A DNA stretch of 63,852 nucleotides, filler included, from Octopus bimaculoides (GCF_001194135.2; 5 parts of 5 records of this genome joined end to end with filler, not necessarily neighbours in it), one strand, 5' to 3'. Positions 41,994 to 54,269 are shown, counted from the first letter of the whole stretch. Notes: generated by a model from the sequence alone, not told the origin. Numbers and translations: made by a program.

Positions 41994-42023
41994 AGCTGTA
42001 GACATTCCGTTGCTATCAACATA
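41994..42023 (-). CDS. RAB18: Candidate 30-nt in-frame alternative mini-exon of Rab18 (YVDSNGMSTA)
   Basis: Minus strand: aactaataccctgtctttttacag|TATGTTGATAGCAACGGAATGTCTACAGCT|gtgagt. Branch-like CTAAT, pyrimidine tract, phase 0-0, no stop. No transcript evidence available. Confidence 0.55.
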
Positions 42024-43639
42024 CTGTAAAAAGACAGGGTATTAGTTGACAAAAGGGTAATAACAAATCATGCAAACAGCAGCCACTAAAACAAAACACT
42101 TGTTATCAGTAGTAATGAAAGAACTGTTGTTGTTAGTGATAAGTTACAATTTTGGGTTACCAATCCTTTAATGACAGAATTCAGAAGTTATATCAGTATT
42201 AAAAATTAAATAATGGTAAGCACATCATATTACTAATGTCACAATATTGCACTATCAATGTTATAATATTGTGTTACAGAAGTACAAAATCATATTACTG
42301 ATAATACAATATCGCGTTTCTTCCTTGGGTATGAAACCCCGTCTTTCACAAAATTAGTAAAATGGTAGCAACTTTCAGTCATTAACGATAAGAATAATGA
42401 TGACAATATCAGTTTCGCATTCTATAACTACAGCTTCAAGTTCAATCTCAATGGACTGTTTCTTGGACAAGTGTCTTCTACCATTACTTCAGATTAATGA
42501 AAGCTCCATGAGTTAAATTTGTTGGACAGAAGATTGTGTGGAAGCCTGCTGGGGAAGAGGGGTGGGGTTAATTTGCTCTTCTTGAATGTCTTTAGTTGAG
42601 TTCATATCTGTGTTCTTCAAACCAGTCTTAACAGCTCTGAAAAAACTACCATTCCTCCTCTATCTGCTGATAAATGCAATTTTTGTTTATTTAGCAGAAT
42701 CTGAGAAGATTCATTCATTTTTATGTCTGTTTCTCCACATTTGCATAGGTTGGATGAATATATTATCCTGACATTGTTTTACAGGCAGTTGCCCTTCTTG
42801 TCACCAACCCATACCTGTTTTACAAGTTAGGGATGTTCTTATCTCATATGTCTTTGAAGATGCAAAGTCAGTAGATGACCTGTTGAAAGGGAAAAAGACA
42901 GCAACATCACTGCATGTGTATGTTGGGCTTCTTTCAGTTACTGTCTACTAAATCCTCTCATAATATTTTGATTGGCTCAGGACTATAATAGAAAATTCTT
43001 GCTTGTGCCATCCAATAAAACTAAACATAATACATGAGGTTCAGAAGCAAACACCTTAAACATGCAGCCATCCTGAGCCCTAATATACTGAATGAACAAA
43101 AAAACAAAAAGAAAAGATACTAAATGAAACAAGCATTAAAACTGCACATCAAAATTGTCTCAACATAACCACACCCTACAACTCCAACACAGTCATAACG
43201 TCTAAAACACCACCACTCCTTGCAACCCCAATACAAGTGAGCCAACAATAGTCTTTATTTGGTTACTCATGGTGCTAGAAATAGCAGCCAAATCTCATTC
43301 AAATCACAACCTACCATCTTGTATAATGCAGTCTATGCTTGAGAAAAGGAAAAAAAGAGATGTACAGATAACCTGTTGACAAAGAAAAAGAGAGTAACCT
43401 CACAACATGCAAACATATGGGCTTCTTATAGTCTCAGTCTACCAAATCCACCCACAAGGCTTTGATTGGCCCAGAACAATAGTAGAAAATTCTTGCCCAA
43501 GCCTTATAAGACTGAACATGATCCACAAAGTACAGAAGCAAATACTTTCAATCATAGACCTTCTTCATCAAGTTTGACTTGGGGTTAAACCGCAACAACC
43601 AACCCCATTGCACCCACCACTGTCCCTATTAGAACTTAC

Positions 43640-43758
43640 CTTATCAATCTTGTTGCCTACGAGCATCTTGACCAGGTCGTGTTTAGTGGCAAAGGTCTCC
43701 AATTCATTCAGCCAGGCATCAAGCTTGCTGAATGACTGTTTACTGCACACATCATAAA
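43640..43758 (-). CDS. RAB18: Rab18 coding exon 5 (V|YDVCSKQSFSKLDAWLNELETFATKHDLVKMLVGNKIDK; G4 box)
   Basis: 119-nt exon with cag acceptor and gtaagt donor. Contains KLD.WLNELET and GNKIDK; ends in phase 0. Confidence 0.96.
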
Positions 43759-43833
43759 CTGAAACAAAAATAAGGAGAAACTGTAGAGTTCAATAAGTTA
43801 GCAATAGACAGAACCAGCCCACAGTTGTGGTTT

Positions 43834-43874
<41 letters not shown>

Positions 43875-43887
43875 TAATAATAATCCT

Positions 43888-44095
43888 TTCTACTGAAGGC
43901 ACAAGGCCTGAAATTTTGCAGGGAGGGGACTAGTTGATTACACTAACTCCAGTGTTTAACTGGTACTCAATAATCGGCCCTGAAAGGATAAAAGGCAAAG
44001 TCAACCTTAGCGGAATTTGAACCCAGAACATGAAGACAGACAAAATACTGCTAAGTACTTTGCCCAGTGTACTAATGATTCTGCCAGCTCACTGT
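43888..44095 (-). mobile_element. CpG-decayed SINE (same family as 57529) embedded in (TAA)n
   Basis: AAAGGCAAAGTCAACCTTAGCGGAATTTGAAC...GATTCTGCCAGCTCAC. Confidence 0.8.
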
Positions 44096-44096
44096 C

Positions 44097-44137
<41 letters not shown>

Positions 44138-44285
44138 CAACATTAATAATAATAATAATGGTGTGACAATAGTAAATAAACCACAAGATATAACTGTCAA
44201 ACCAAGACAGAATACTCTATGTAATCATTCACTCTAAAAGAAATAGCAACCAAATCTCCTCCTTAATACACTGCTATTTTAAACT

Positions 44286-44460
44286 TATGGCATTCAGATT
44301 ACTCTCTCAAATGTAAGGTTTATTTATTCACATTTAAAAAAAAATTAATATGTTATTGCAAAGCTTCAAGATTTTGATGATGTAATTGTTTATTTATTGA
44401 ATGATATTGTTGGGCAAGTGTGAGAGGATACATCTGGTCAGTTTAAACATTAAACAGCTG
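44286..44460 (+). mobile_element. Short non-autonomous element sharing the piggyBac relic's 3' subterminal sequence
   Basis: ATGATATTGT...TGAGAGGATACATCTGGTCAGTTTAAACAT aligns to 40601-40655. Confidence 0.6.
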
Positions 44461-44985
44461 ATTGGTAAAACTGATAAGTCATTTTTAGCATGTATTACTG
44501 AGTTCAATTCCTAACAAGGAGATATATGCCTTTGATACTCTGCCATATCCAGGGAAAGATATGTAACATCTGTTAACACTGCAAGAGCTAGAGATAAAAA
44601 CATACCCAGTGGAGTGCAGAGATTAGTGGGGAAACAAACTGTATGGAGTAGATTTAGTTAACTTTTATTTACCCTTGAGATTATCAGAATTGTATCTAGT
44701 TAAAAGAATACAGTGAGTTTTGAATATTAGGAGAGGATTGACACCTTTTATACAAACTGGTATTAATTTTATCAACCTGTGAAGGATAAAAAAAGCAAAG
44801 TTGATATCACCAGAAGTTGAATACAGAATGTAAAAGGTCATAATGAAATATCACTAGATATTTTGTCAGAGACTCTACCAATTATAATATTGGCCAATGC
44901 AATAATGCCAAAGTTAAGAAAAGAATGAATATCAATAAATTAAATTTAAAAAAAAAAAAAAGGAGAAAGTGTGCAAATATCTTAC

Positions 44986-45058
44986 CAAGAATAACACCTT
45001 GTGCACCTCTGTAATAGCTTGGAGTTAAAGTGCGAAATCTTTCTTGACCAGCAGTGTC
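44986..45058 (-). CDS. RAB18: Rab18 coding exon 4 ([24 protein letters not shown]|V; G3 box/switch II)
   Basis: 73-nt exon with cag acceptor and gtaag donor. [15 protein letters not shown] is the Rab18 signature. Confidence 0.97.
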
Positions 45059-45278
45059 CTGTAAATATCACCAGGCACAGAATGGATACAATGGTTCGAT
45101 AAGGAATAACTGGGAAACATTGGACAGGTATAAATAAATTCATGTAATACAGAGGTTTGAGTCACCAACCACAAATACTATACTGATTATGCCTACAATC
45201 CATTTGATCACACATATAAACTGCAGTGACAAGTTTAATCAATCACGGACACTTTAACACACCAGCTTACCACCTTAC

Positions 45279-45311
45279 ATAAAGATTCCCTCTTTTTTTC
45301 TTTTGTCCGAC
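45279..45311 (-). CDS. RAB18: Candidate 33-nt alternative exon of Rab18 (VGQKKKRGNLY), with a second donor 8 nt further giving 41 nt
   Basis: Minus strand: ttttcatttacctag|GTCGGACAAAAGAAAAAAAGAGGGAATCTTTAT|gtaaggtg|gtaagc, in the phase-0 intron between exons 3 and 4. Confidence 0.4.
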
Positions 45312-46727
45312 CTAGGTAAATGAAAATTATGCATACAGAACAAATCAGCTTTAACATTAAATTTCGTGCCACTTAGAAGTCTGTCTACATATATATTTGC
45401 TATTCCTATATTTGCTATTTCTGTATAATGCCAAGTTTATAAATTAGTAATGCGAGAATTAACACTGACAGAATTATTGTACAGCAATACATCTGATGAC
45501 AGTCCTACCCTGAATTTTGCCAAGAGGCTGTGTAAATCACTTTCACTTATGCTGAATCAGGTATAAAGCTACAGTAATCCACTTTATATCAATACTCTGG
45601 ATTTTGTTTGTCTTAACCTCTGTAAACAAGGCTTCTAAAAACTTGTTTTGTAGGAATGAGTTCCAAGATTTGATGTATTTCTATGAGTGCTTTACAACCT
45701 ATTTCATTCTTTTAACAAAATTGAGCAAAGGCATGTCCATGAAGTGTGTTATAGAGTTACTGTTTAGACTCAGCTCAATACTGGTGAAGTAACCCTATGA
45801 TCAGTAGCAGCTCAACCATGATCATCTTGGTCTTACCTCATGTATTTTGTTTCTAGGACTACACTAGTCAAAGTGTCCCACCTTTCAAGAGATTAGGTTG
45901 TAATTTAAGGGAAAGTTGAACTATGTTCTTTTCTGGGCCTCTTCTATTTTAATTGTTTGTTCATTTTCATATCCACTATACAATGATAGTAATGGAATTA
46001 AAAGTAGTATCATACTTTTAGCTCCCATTCAGTTAAAATCCATAAGAATCGAATTCAGAACTATGATCTTAAAAAATTCATCAATTTTACACTGCTCCCT
46101 CTACCTGCAGCAAGGTGAGTTGGATCATTAAGAATTGAACATGATAGCCATTGGTACACTATAGGACTAGTAAGAGGACACAAGTCACTGACCCCACCTC
46201 ACCGCCCTAGCCTCTTGGCTACTATCCAATCCCTTAACAGCTTGTCATCCACAGCTATCTTACTACAACTATACTGGCCTTAGCTCCCCTCAATTTGAAA
46301 CCTCTATACTTCTGGCCTTCACTCTCCTCAATCTGAAACTTCTATACTTCCCATTTAAACACCCTCATTTCATTCAAATCTTATACATTATATGAAAATA
46401 CTAAGTTCCACAGAATTGCATCCTTTTGGAACTTCCACACCATCCATGTCTTATCCAACACATTCAAACCTACAACAATTCATATTAAATAATCTACACT
46501 GACCTCATTCAGTTTTCCCCCTTAGATTTCTTAGGGTAATCTAAGAAGGCATTAAATTAAGCTTTGCTCTTCATATTAACAAACAAAAATCATCTGATAT
46601 AAATTTACCAGTTCTCATATTACAAAATTAACAATAGATATGCATGCTTGAGAAACATAAGTAGGAGAAATAGCAAAATAGCAAACTGCACTACTAGAAG
46701 GAAAGCCAGCATTAGTTTCTTACTCAC

Positions 46728-46789
46728 CCAGATGGCAAGCTTTGCTTTATTTCCATCCACTGCCAAAGTCTTAACTTTGAAGTCAACAC
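46728..46789 (-). CDS. RAB18: Rab18 coding exon 3 (G|VDFKVKTLAVDGNKAKLAIW)
   Basis: 62-nt exon with cag acceptor and gtgagt donor. Translation is near-identical to Rab18 VDFKVKT.VDGNKAKLAIW; ends in phase 0. Confidence 0.96.
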
Positions 46790-46873
46790 CTGTCAAAATA
46801 TGTTATTCTAGTCAGTCAAAATATCAACAGGTACAGAAGAAAGAGACTATTCAGTTAGTCTGTCTATTTGTTG

Positions 46874-46874
<1 letters not shown>

Positions 46875-46969
<95 letters not shown>

Positions 46970-47013
46970 ATACATACATACACACAATCATACTTATACA
47001 AATAGGTGCATGC

Positions 47014-47057
<44 letters not shown>
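46875..47057. repeat. (GT)n microsatellites flanking the 5' side of Rab18 exon 3
   Basis: Direct reading. Confidence 0.95.
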
Positions 47058-47058
<1 letters not shown>

Positions 47059-47525
47059 TTTATAGGTGAACACAGTGTAAACTAGAAGAGTGCTCAATAC
47101 AGAAGTTATATCATATTTACTGGAAGCTAAAAGCTTCATGGACTGTTATTCTTGCTTCCATTTTAAAGATGATAATGATGAACAGAACAAGGAAAGAAAC
47201 CATACATAAGCAAGAAAAAAGGCATGCACACAATTACATTGTACATAAAACATTAAAAATGCAAACTGCTCAAGGAAATTAACAACGAAATATAAAGTGT
47301 TTAATGCAGCTGGTAATGAATCATATGATAAAGCTCATCAGCATTGTTTTACATCAGTTTTCCATTGGACAGGTCATGTCAGTTCAAGTCAGCTCCTATT
47401 TAGAGTTACTGCATTTCTAGAGAAATTAGAAGACCATGTCATGTTCATATGTTTCATTTTTAGTTTGTTTTCTATGGCTATAAAAGTACATTTCATTTCA
47501 AACTTGATTTACAAATATATATATA

Positions 47526-48418
47526 CGAGATCTGATAACAAGTATTCGGACTGTTGCCATAGTTACAAAGCTAAAGCATGCAGAGTGAAGCAGCTTAGCA
47601 CATACTGACCTTGAACTCTGTTGTACCTGCACACTAAGTTTTAACATTCTAGCTCACTTCCCCTGTTTACAGCAGTGCTTGGAAAGAAGGTGTGTAGCAT
47701 GTGATCATCACATTGACCATGACAGAGAAAGTTGCCATGGTGATACCTACTCAGAGGCCTACGCAAAGTTGTAGAAAGTGTATGGAGAGGAGTGCATGAG
47801 CTGCACACAAGTGTTTGAGTGGTTCAGACGTTTCCAAGATGGCCAAAAAATGTTGATATTGGCGAATGTTCTGGGAGACCCGCAACCAGCATAAGTGAGA
47901 AAAACATCGCAGATGTGTGTGCAGCTGTGACGGGAACTTGTCGAATCACCATACATGAGTTATCAGAGAATGTGCAGATTAGTTACGGTTCATTTCAGAC
48001 CATTATCACTAAAGATTTGGGTATGAGACATGTGTCTGCCAAGTTTGTGCCAAAACTGTTTCCAGCTCACCAAATGGACACTGAGGTTTCAGTTGCACAA
48101 GATCTCCTTGATTGTGTCAAGAACAATGAAAATTTTTTGAAATCTTTGTGCAGGCCTCTGAGTAGGTATCACCAAGCTTTTGACAAAATCTGATGCAGAT
48201 TCTCTACTCAACTTTGTCTGTCATGGTCAATGCGATGATCACACACCACACACTTTCCTTCCGAGCACTGTTGTAAACAGCGGAAGTGAGCTAGAATGTT
48301 AAAAGTTAGTGCGCACGCACAGCAGAGTGCAAAGTCAATCTGTTCCAAGTGGCTTAATTCTCCATGCTTTAGCTTCGTTACTATAGCAACAGACCAGATA
48401 CTTATTGATCAGACCACA
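47526..48418 (+). mobile_element. Second copy of the long-TIR mariner derivative (opposite orientation to 33955-34848)
   Basis: TA|CGAGATCTGATAACAAGTATTCGGAC ... GATACTTATTGATCAGACCACA|TA; same internal HTH fragment and junctions. Confidence 0.92.
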
Positions 48419-48430
48419 TATATTTAGCAT

Positions 48431-48474
<44 letters not shown>

Positions 48475-48548
48475 AATATATAATTATATTAAAGGGTGTG
48501 GATAAACCCCACCAACACGCTAGAAATAGACACACCCTTTAATATATT

Positions 48549-49092
48549 ATATATTATATATTAGTATAAATTGTTACCCATATGGTTTTATTACATGCTG
48601 GTCACTTAATAAAATCATTAAAATGGTTTTATCTTTAATTTTGTATAAATACATATTTTTACTCCTGATCAAATTACATTCACTGTGATATTATTTTGAT
48701 CGTAAAAGCACGTGGTTGAGATATAAAAAAATTAGATTTATCTAGTGTATATGTGTATGTATATAATCATGCAGATATATGTTGTTCATATGGGTATGTA
48801 TAAATATTTGCATTTATATACTACGGGCATATTGTACTGATGACAACAAGTGGTATCACAACCCTTAACCAGAAATTGATCTACAATTAATCACTTTTAA
48901 AAAATGTTATTCATTTATTCATCTGCCTGGTTACAACCTGTGCTAACGGAGTGTAAATGCGGTTTTTAGAGCCATTTGGCATCTATTTCTAATATATAAT
49001 TATATATTAGTATAAATTGTTATCTGTACGACGGTTTTATTAAACGATGGTCACTTGATAAGATCATTAAAATGGTTTTATCCTTAATTTTC
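48549..49092. repeat. ~95-bp imperfect direct repeat, offset 446 bp
   Basis: TATATTAGTATAAATTGTTA...GGTCACTT.ATAA.ATCATTAAAATGGTTTTATC.TTAATTTT at 48555-48642 and 49001-49092. Confidence 0.85.
48831..48887 (+). ncRNA. Minimal type I hammerhead-like motif
   Basis: ATTGTA-CTGATGA-(28 nt)-GAAA-T-TG-A-TC-TACAAT: perfect 6-bp stem I, intact core, 2-bp stem III; stem II is irregular. Confidence 0.6.
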
Positions 49093-49145
<53 letters not shown>

Positions 49146-50094
49146 NNNNNNNNNNNNNNNNNNNNNNNNNNNNNNNNNNNNNNNNNNNNNNNNNNNNNNN
49201 NNNNNNNNNNNNNNNNNNNNNNNNNNNNNNNNNNNNNNNNNNNNNNNNNNNNNNNNNNNNNNNNNNNNNNNNNNNNNNNNNNNNNNNNNNNNNNNNNNNN
49301 NNNNNNNNNNNNNNNNNNNNNNNNNNNNNNNNNNNNNNNNNNNNNNNNNNNNNNNNNNNNNNNNNNNNNNNNNNNNNNNNNNNNNNNNNNNNNNNNNNNN
49401 NNNNNNNNNNNNNNNNNNNNNNNNNNNNNNNNNNNNNNNNNNNNNNNNNNNNNNNNNNNNNNNNNNNNNNNNNNNNNNNNNNNNNNNNNNNNNNNNNNNN
49501 NNNNNNNNNNNNNNNNNNNNNNNNNNNNNNNNNNNNNNNNNNNNNNNNNNNNNNNNNNNNNNNNNNNNNNNNNNNNNNNNNNNNNNNNNNNNNNNNNNNN
49601 NNNNNNNNNNNNNNNNNNNNNNNNNNNNNNNNNNNNNNNNNNNNNNNNNNNNNNNNNNNNNNNNNNNNNNNNNNNNNNNNNNNNNNNNNNNNNNNNNNNN
49701 NNNNNNNNNNNNNNNNNNNNNNNNNNNNNNNNNNNNNNNNNNNNNNNNNNNNNNNNNNNNNNNNNNNNNNNNNNNNNNNNNNNNNNNNNNNNNNNNNNNN
49801 NNNNNNNNNNNNNNNNNNNNNNNNNNNNNNNNNNNNNNNNNNNNNNNNNNNNNNNNNNNNNNNNNNNNNNNNNNNNNNNNNNNNNNNNNNNNNNNNNNNN
49901 NNNNNNNNNNNNNNNNNNNNNNNNNNNNNNNNNNNNNNNNNNNNNNNNNNNNNNNNNNNNNNNNNNNNNNNNNNNNNNNNNNNNNNNNNNNNNNNNNNNN
50001 NNNNNNNNNNNNNNNNNNNNNNNNNNNNNNNNNNNNNNNNNNNNNNNNNNNNNNNNNNNNNNNNNNNNNNNNNNNNNNNNNTATATATATATAT

Positions 50095-50126
<32 letters not shown>

Positions 50127-52451
50127 AAAATACATACACACACACACACACACACACAGGCTTATATATTTTACAAGACATGTCACGGGACTATGGTTAA
50201 CTAGGTATATTTCATTTTGGCATAGCTTTTATTGCTGGATGCCCTTTCTAATACCAATCATCTTATAGAGTGCACTAGGTGCAATTTCTCATAACACCAT
50301 TACTAGACAAGTTGTCTTGTTTTTAGCAAAAGTGTCTTCCCAACTTTATGGTGTCTCATTCACCAGCCACTTCATAGAGTGTACTGTTTGCCTTGTATTG
50401 TGATACCACCACTGCAAAACAAAACAGCCTTCTCTAAATGAAGTTGTGGCTGTTCATTCAAAGTATACATGACCAAGAGAGTAAATCAAAGAAAAAAAAT
50501 ATGTATATGAATGTGATTTGTTAGACAGAGTGAAATTTTGAAAGTGTGGACCATAAAAACTTGTGAATAAAGTATGCATTCAATTAGATTGTAAAGCAAT
50601 TAAACTGTAAACGAAATATAACAATGCAAAATCATGTAAGAAAGTTATGTATATGCATATATTTCTATATATGAAGCGCTATTTTGTCGCTAGCAGAACA
50701 GAAAAGCAACATCATTGTCATTATTGAACAGCAGCTTTTCCATGTTTGCATGGGTTGGATGGTGTTTATTTCAGGCAGATTTTTCTATGACCAGATGCTT
50801 TTCCTGTCACTAGCCCTCACCTGCTTCCAAGCAAGGTAATATTGGAAATAAAAGACACTGAATATTGGAAATAAAAGACACCGCTTGTGTAACAGTGACA
50901 CTCATTTCCACCTTTAAATGAGGTCAAGACAAGGACACACACACACACATATACAACATGCTTCTTTCAGTTTCTGTCTACCATATCCACTCACACAGCT
51001 TTGGTCATCCCAGTCCACGGCTATCATAGAAGACACTTGACCAAGGCGCCACGTAATGGGACTGAACCTAAAACTAAGTGGTTGGGAACCAAACTTCTTA
51101 CCCTACACCCACACCTGCACCTAAAAAAAGGCAAAGGTTTGATAGTGTACAGCAAAATCAAATAAATACATTATAGTTTTATCAATAAGACAGCTTATTA
51201 TGGTACTTGGTGGAGGGATTTACATCAAAGTTCAAATTTTAAGTTCAAGTCATAAGAACACTGGGATTGAATGAGCAGCTTTTCACATAGACATGGCTGA
51301 CAACAAAGCTTCAACCTGGAACTTCTATGGCAATAGAAATGGGCTCAATCCAAGACTGACAAATTGATATTGAATGTATGCTACTTTTTCTCGAAGCAAA
51401 TATATTTCTGAAAAGCAGTTACAAATTTTCTTTCTGGCTGACGAAAAGCCAATCTGATAAATCCAAGTTTGGAAATTACGTTCAGTCAATCTAATGCTAA
51501 ATTTCAGTCTTGAACCATCACTCAAATATTACCTTAGTGCTATACAATAATAATTTTGCCTGGTAATTATGATCACGAAGGCAATTTTCCATGATGACAT
51601 TATATCTTTTAACTTGTAAAGGAATAAGCAAAGTCTTTACATGCAGAATAGTTCACTTTAATATGATTTCAGTTGAAGATTTTATGGTACTTTGTGATTT
51701 ATTTGAAAATGATAAGAGATCAAGCCAAGAAACTCTTTTGCTATGTTAGATTTCACATTTAAGCTGAACACAGGGTTATATCACAGAATTTTACATCTCC
51801 TGTTTCTGCACTTCAAGGTATTAGATCCTGGTGGATATTGTATCTTCTCAAAGAATTCTTTGTTTTTGAGGGCTGTGTTATAATAGTGAGAGACACTTAT
51901 GAATGTGGATTTATCTGCAAGTAAAGACGATATACACACAGACTAATGCTAGAGACTAAATTATACAAAATTCTAAGTGTATAGTTAGAACTCTTATTTC
52001 TATAACAATTTGTTATTAAGCATATTCTGTAGTTTAAGCTAATTTGTATAAAGATCCAGGCTGATGTCTAAAAACATTGACATTATTAAAATTAGCGCCT
52101 TCAGTAATACATAATCTTAATTCACTAAATAGCTTTATTAGTTTCTTTTTAAATGTTTCTAGGCCGTGTCTATTGATATATCTCAAAATGAATAATCCAT
52201 CATCTTTATAAATACCTCTAACAGTAAGAAATTTTTTATGTCTGCTCTTTTGCCTGAGATCCCATTGCATCTTTTGTGTACCCTAGAACTTGCAGCCCAA
52301 TTTAGTTTGTCTATTAGAATGGTTTCTTTTATAAAGCTAACACCCTGAATTAAGCCAGCAATGTTAAAACTTTCTATAATCCTTTATTTTAAACTCATGG
52401 CACTTCAGGCCGAGGAGAATTATTTGCAAAACAAAAAAAGGCATCACTTAC

Positions 52452-52507
52452 CTATAGTGGAAGCTTGTTCTGGATCAAATGTATCATCAGTAAAACGTAG
52501 TAACAGA
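52452..52507 (-). CDS. RAB18: Rab18 GTPase, coding exon 2 (S|LLLRFTDDTFDPEQASTI|G)
   Basis: Minus strand reads tttttcttctctttcag|TCTGTTACTACGTTTTACTGATGATACATTTGATCCAGAACAAGCTTCCACTATAG|gtaagt. It is 56 nt and matches the Rab18 LLLRFTDDTFDP motif and exon phase. Confidence 0.95.
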
Positions 52508-53524
52508 CTGAAAGAGAAGAAAAATTGTGGTTAGGAGAGAAATATTATAAATATGATCTTACAAAATTTAAGTGACTGTCTGTATGTGTCAGAAGTATAA
52601 CACACATCAGCAGATCATCTAAGCAAAAGAAAGGAAGATTTGTAGTAAACTAGATAATTATGATACAGAACATCTGAAGTGGATGTGTCAAAGTGTCATA
52701 CTTAAAGGTATAACATGACTGGTGAAACAGAAAACATGTAGTGATCAATAAACAATAATTATAATTTTGCAGAACAGTTAAATCTACAATACTGTACCAA
52801 CATTAAAAGCAGAGCAATTTTCATTGACTGGAAATGAACATAATTGTATGACAGAACAATTAGGAAGAAATGAGTTGAATATAGTTTTACAAGTGTGGAA
52901 CTCAAATATGAAAAGAAACTAAGTAAAGATCTATTGAGAAAGAGTTTACATATTAGAAACATTGGTTAGTGGATTCAAATGTGTAGTGATAATGATTGAA
53001 AGGAAATAACCAGATTAGATTTTGGTTAGTTAACACTGACAAATAAGTTGAAATAAAACACAGTCAACTGAAGACAGATCTGTCTAACATATACCAGTTT
53101 CAAAAGTGAACTTTAAGACAATGAATGGAAAATAGAAAATTTAAAAAAGATAAATGTTGGAAAAAATATGAGATTATTTTGAATACAATTATTTAGAGAA
53201 AATACCATCAGTTTTAGTTTTAATACATTGCAGAAGTTAAAATAAACTGTCTACTACCAATGTTTACTTAAAATTTGGCAGGATTACACTAAAATATAGG
53301 TACACAAAGAAGAGCAAAAATCAGCTAACTCAAAACAAACTGCCATACAGTTATGTACACAGTTCCAAAATATTTTCACAAAATCAAAACATTTGCAGGA
53401 TAATCAAAGTTATTGTAAATGATCACCACCTTATCTTCTTATTTTATATTTCATCTTTCTCTATTCACAAAAAGAAAAAGAAAATCACTGGTATGATTTA
53501 TAAAGAACCAGATCTTATGTCACA

Positions 53525-53850
53525 CAGGAGCACTCCGTCAGTTATGACGTTGAGGGTCCCAGCTGATACGATCAACGGAACAGCTTGCTCATGAAATTAA
53601 CGTGAAAGTGGCAGAGCAATCCACAGACACGTGTACCCTTAACGTAATTCTCAGAGAGATTCAGCGTGACATAGGGTATGACAAGGCTGGCCCTTTGAAA
53701 TACAGGTACTACTCATTTTTGTCAGCTGAGTAGACTGGAGCAACGTGAAATAAAGTGTCTTGCTGAAGGACACAACGCGTCACCGGGAATTGAACTCACG
53801 ACCTTACAATCGTGAGTTGAAAGCCCCTAACCACTAAGCTCCGCGCCTTC
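53525..53850 (-). mobile_element. tRNA-derived CORE-like SINE sharing its 3' half with the 37418 family
   Basis: Head and core match 1-120; 3' part matches 37620-37798. Confidence 0.88.
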
Positions 53851-54232
53851 ACTATGTCACACACAAATGGTTTCTTTTCTTTGAAACTTTAATGAAGGAA
53901 AATTGTAGATCTTGACAGCAATACAAATGCCAACAGTGTCAGGCATAAGGATCTGATAAAATATTTGCCAATGTGCTGCATGCATTACTAATAATCTAGA
54001 TTTAAAATTTCCTGATAGAACCAACCAACACAGCACTGACAAAATTCTGTACCATCCTCATCCTATCAGTAAAGTTCAGTCATTTCTCTCGCACTTGTCC
54101 TTCTTCTTTACATTAATGGCTTAGTAAATGCCAACTCTCACTTCATGTACACCTATATGGATGGCATGGCACTTCAACCCTTTCTCTTGTTCAACATCTC
54201 TATATAAAAATACACAAATTACTGAATAGAGA

Positions 54233-54266
<34 letters not shown>

Positions 54267-54269
54267 TTT

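Noticed and set aside
50838-50881. 21-bp tandem duplication containing AATATTGGAAA, as in the satellite
   Set aside because: A local slippage duplication inside an old repeat; the match to the satellite is short and AT-rich.
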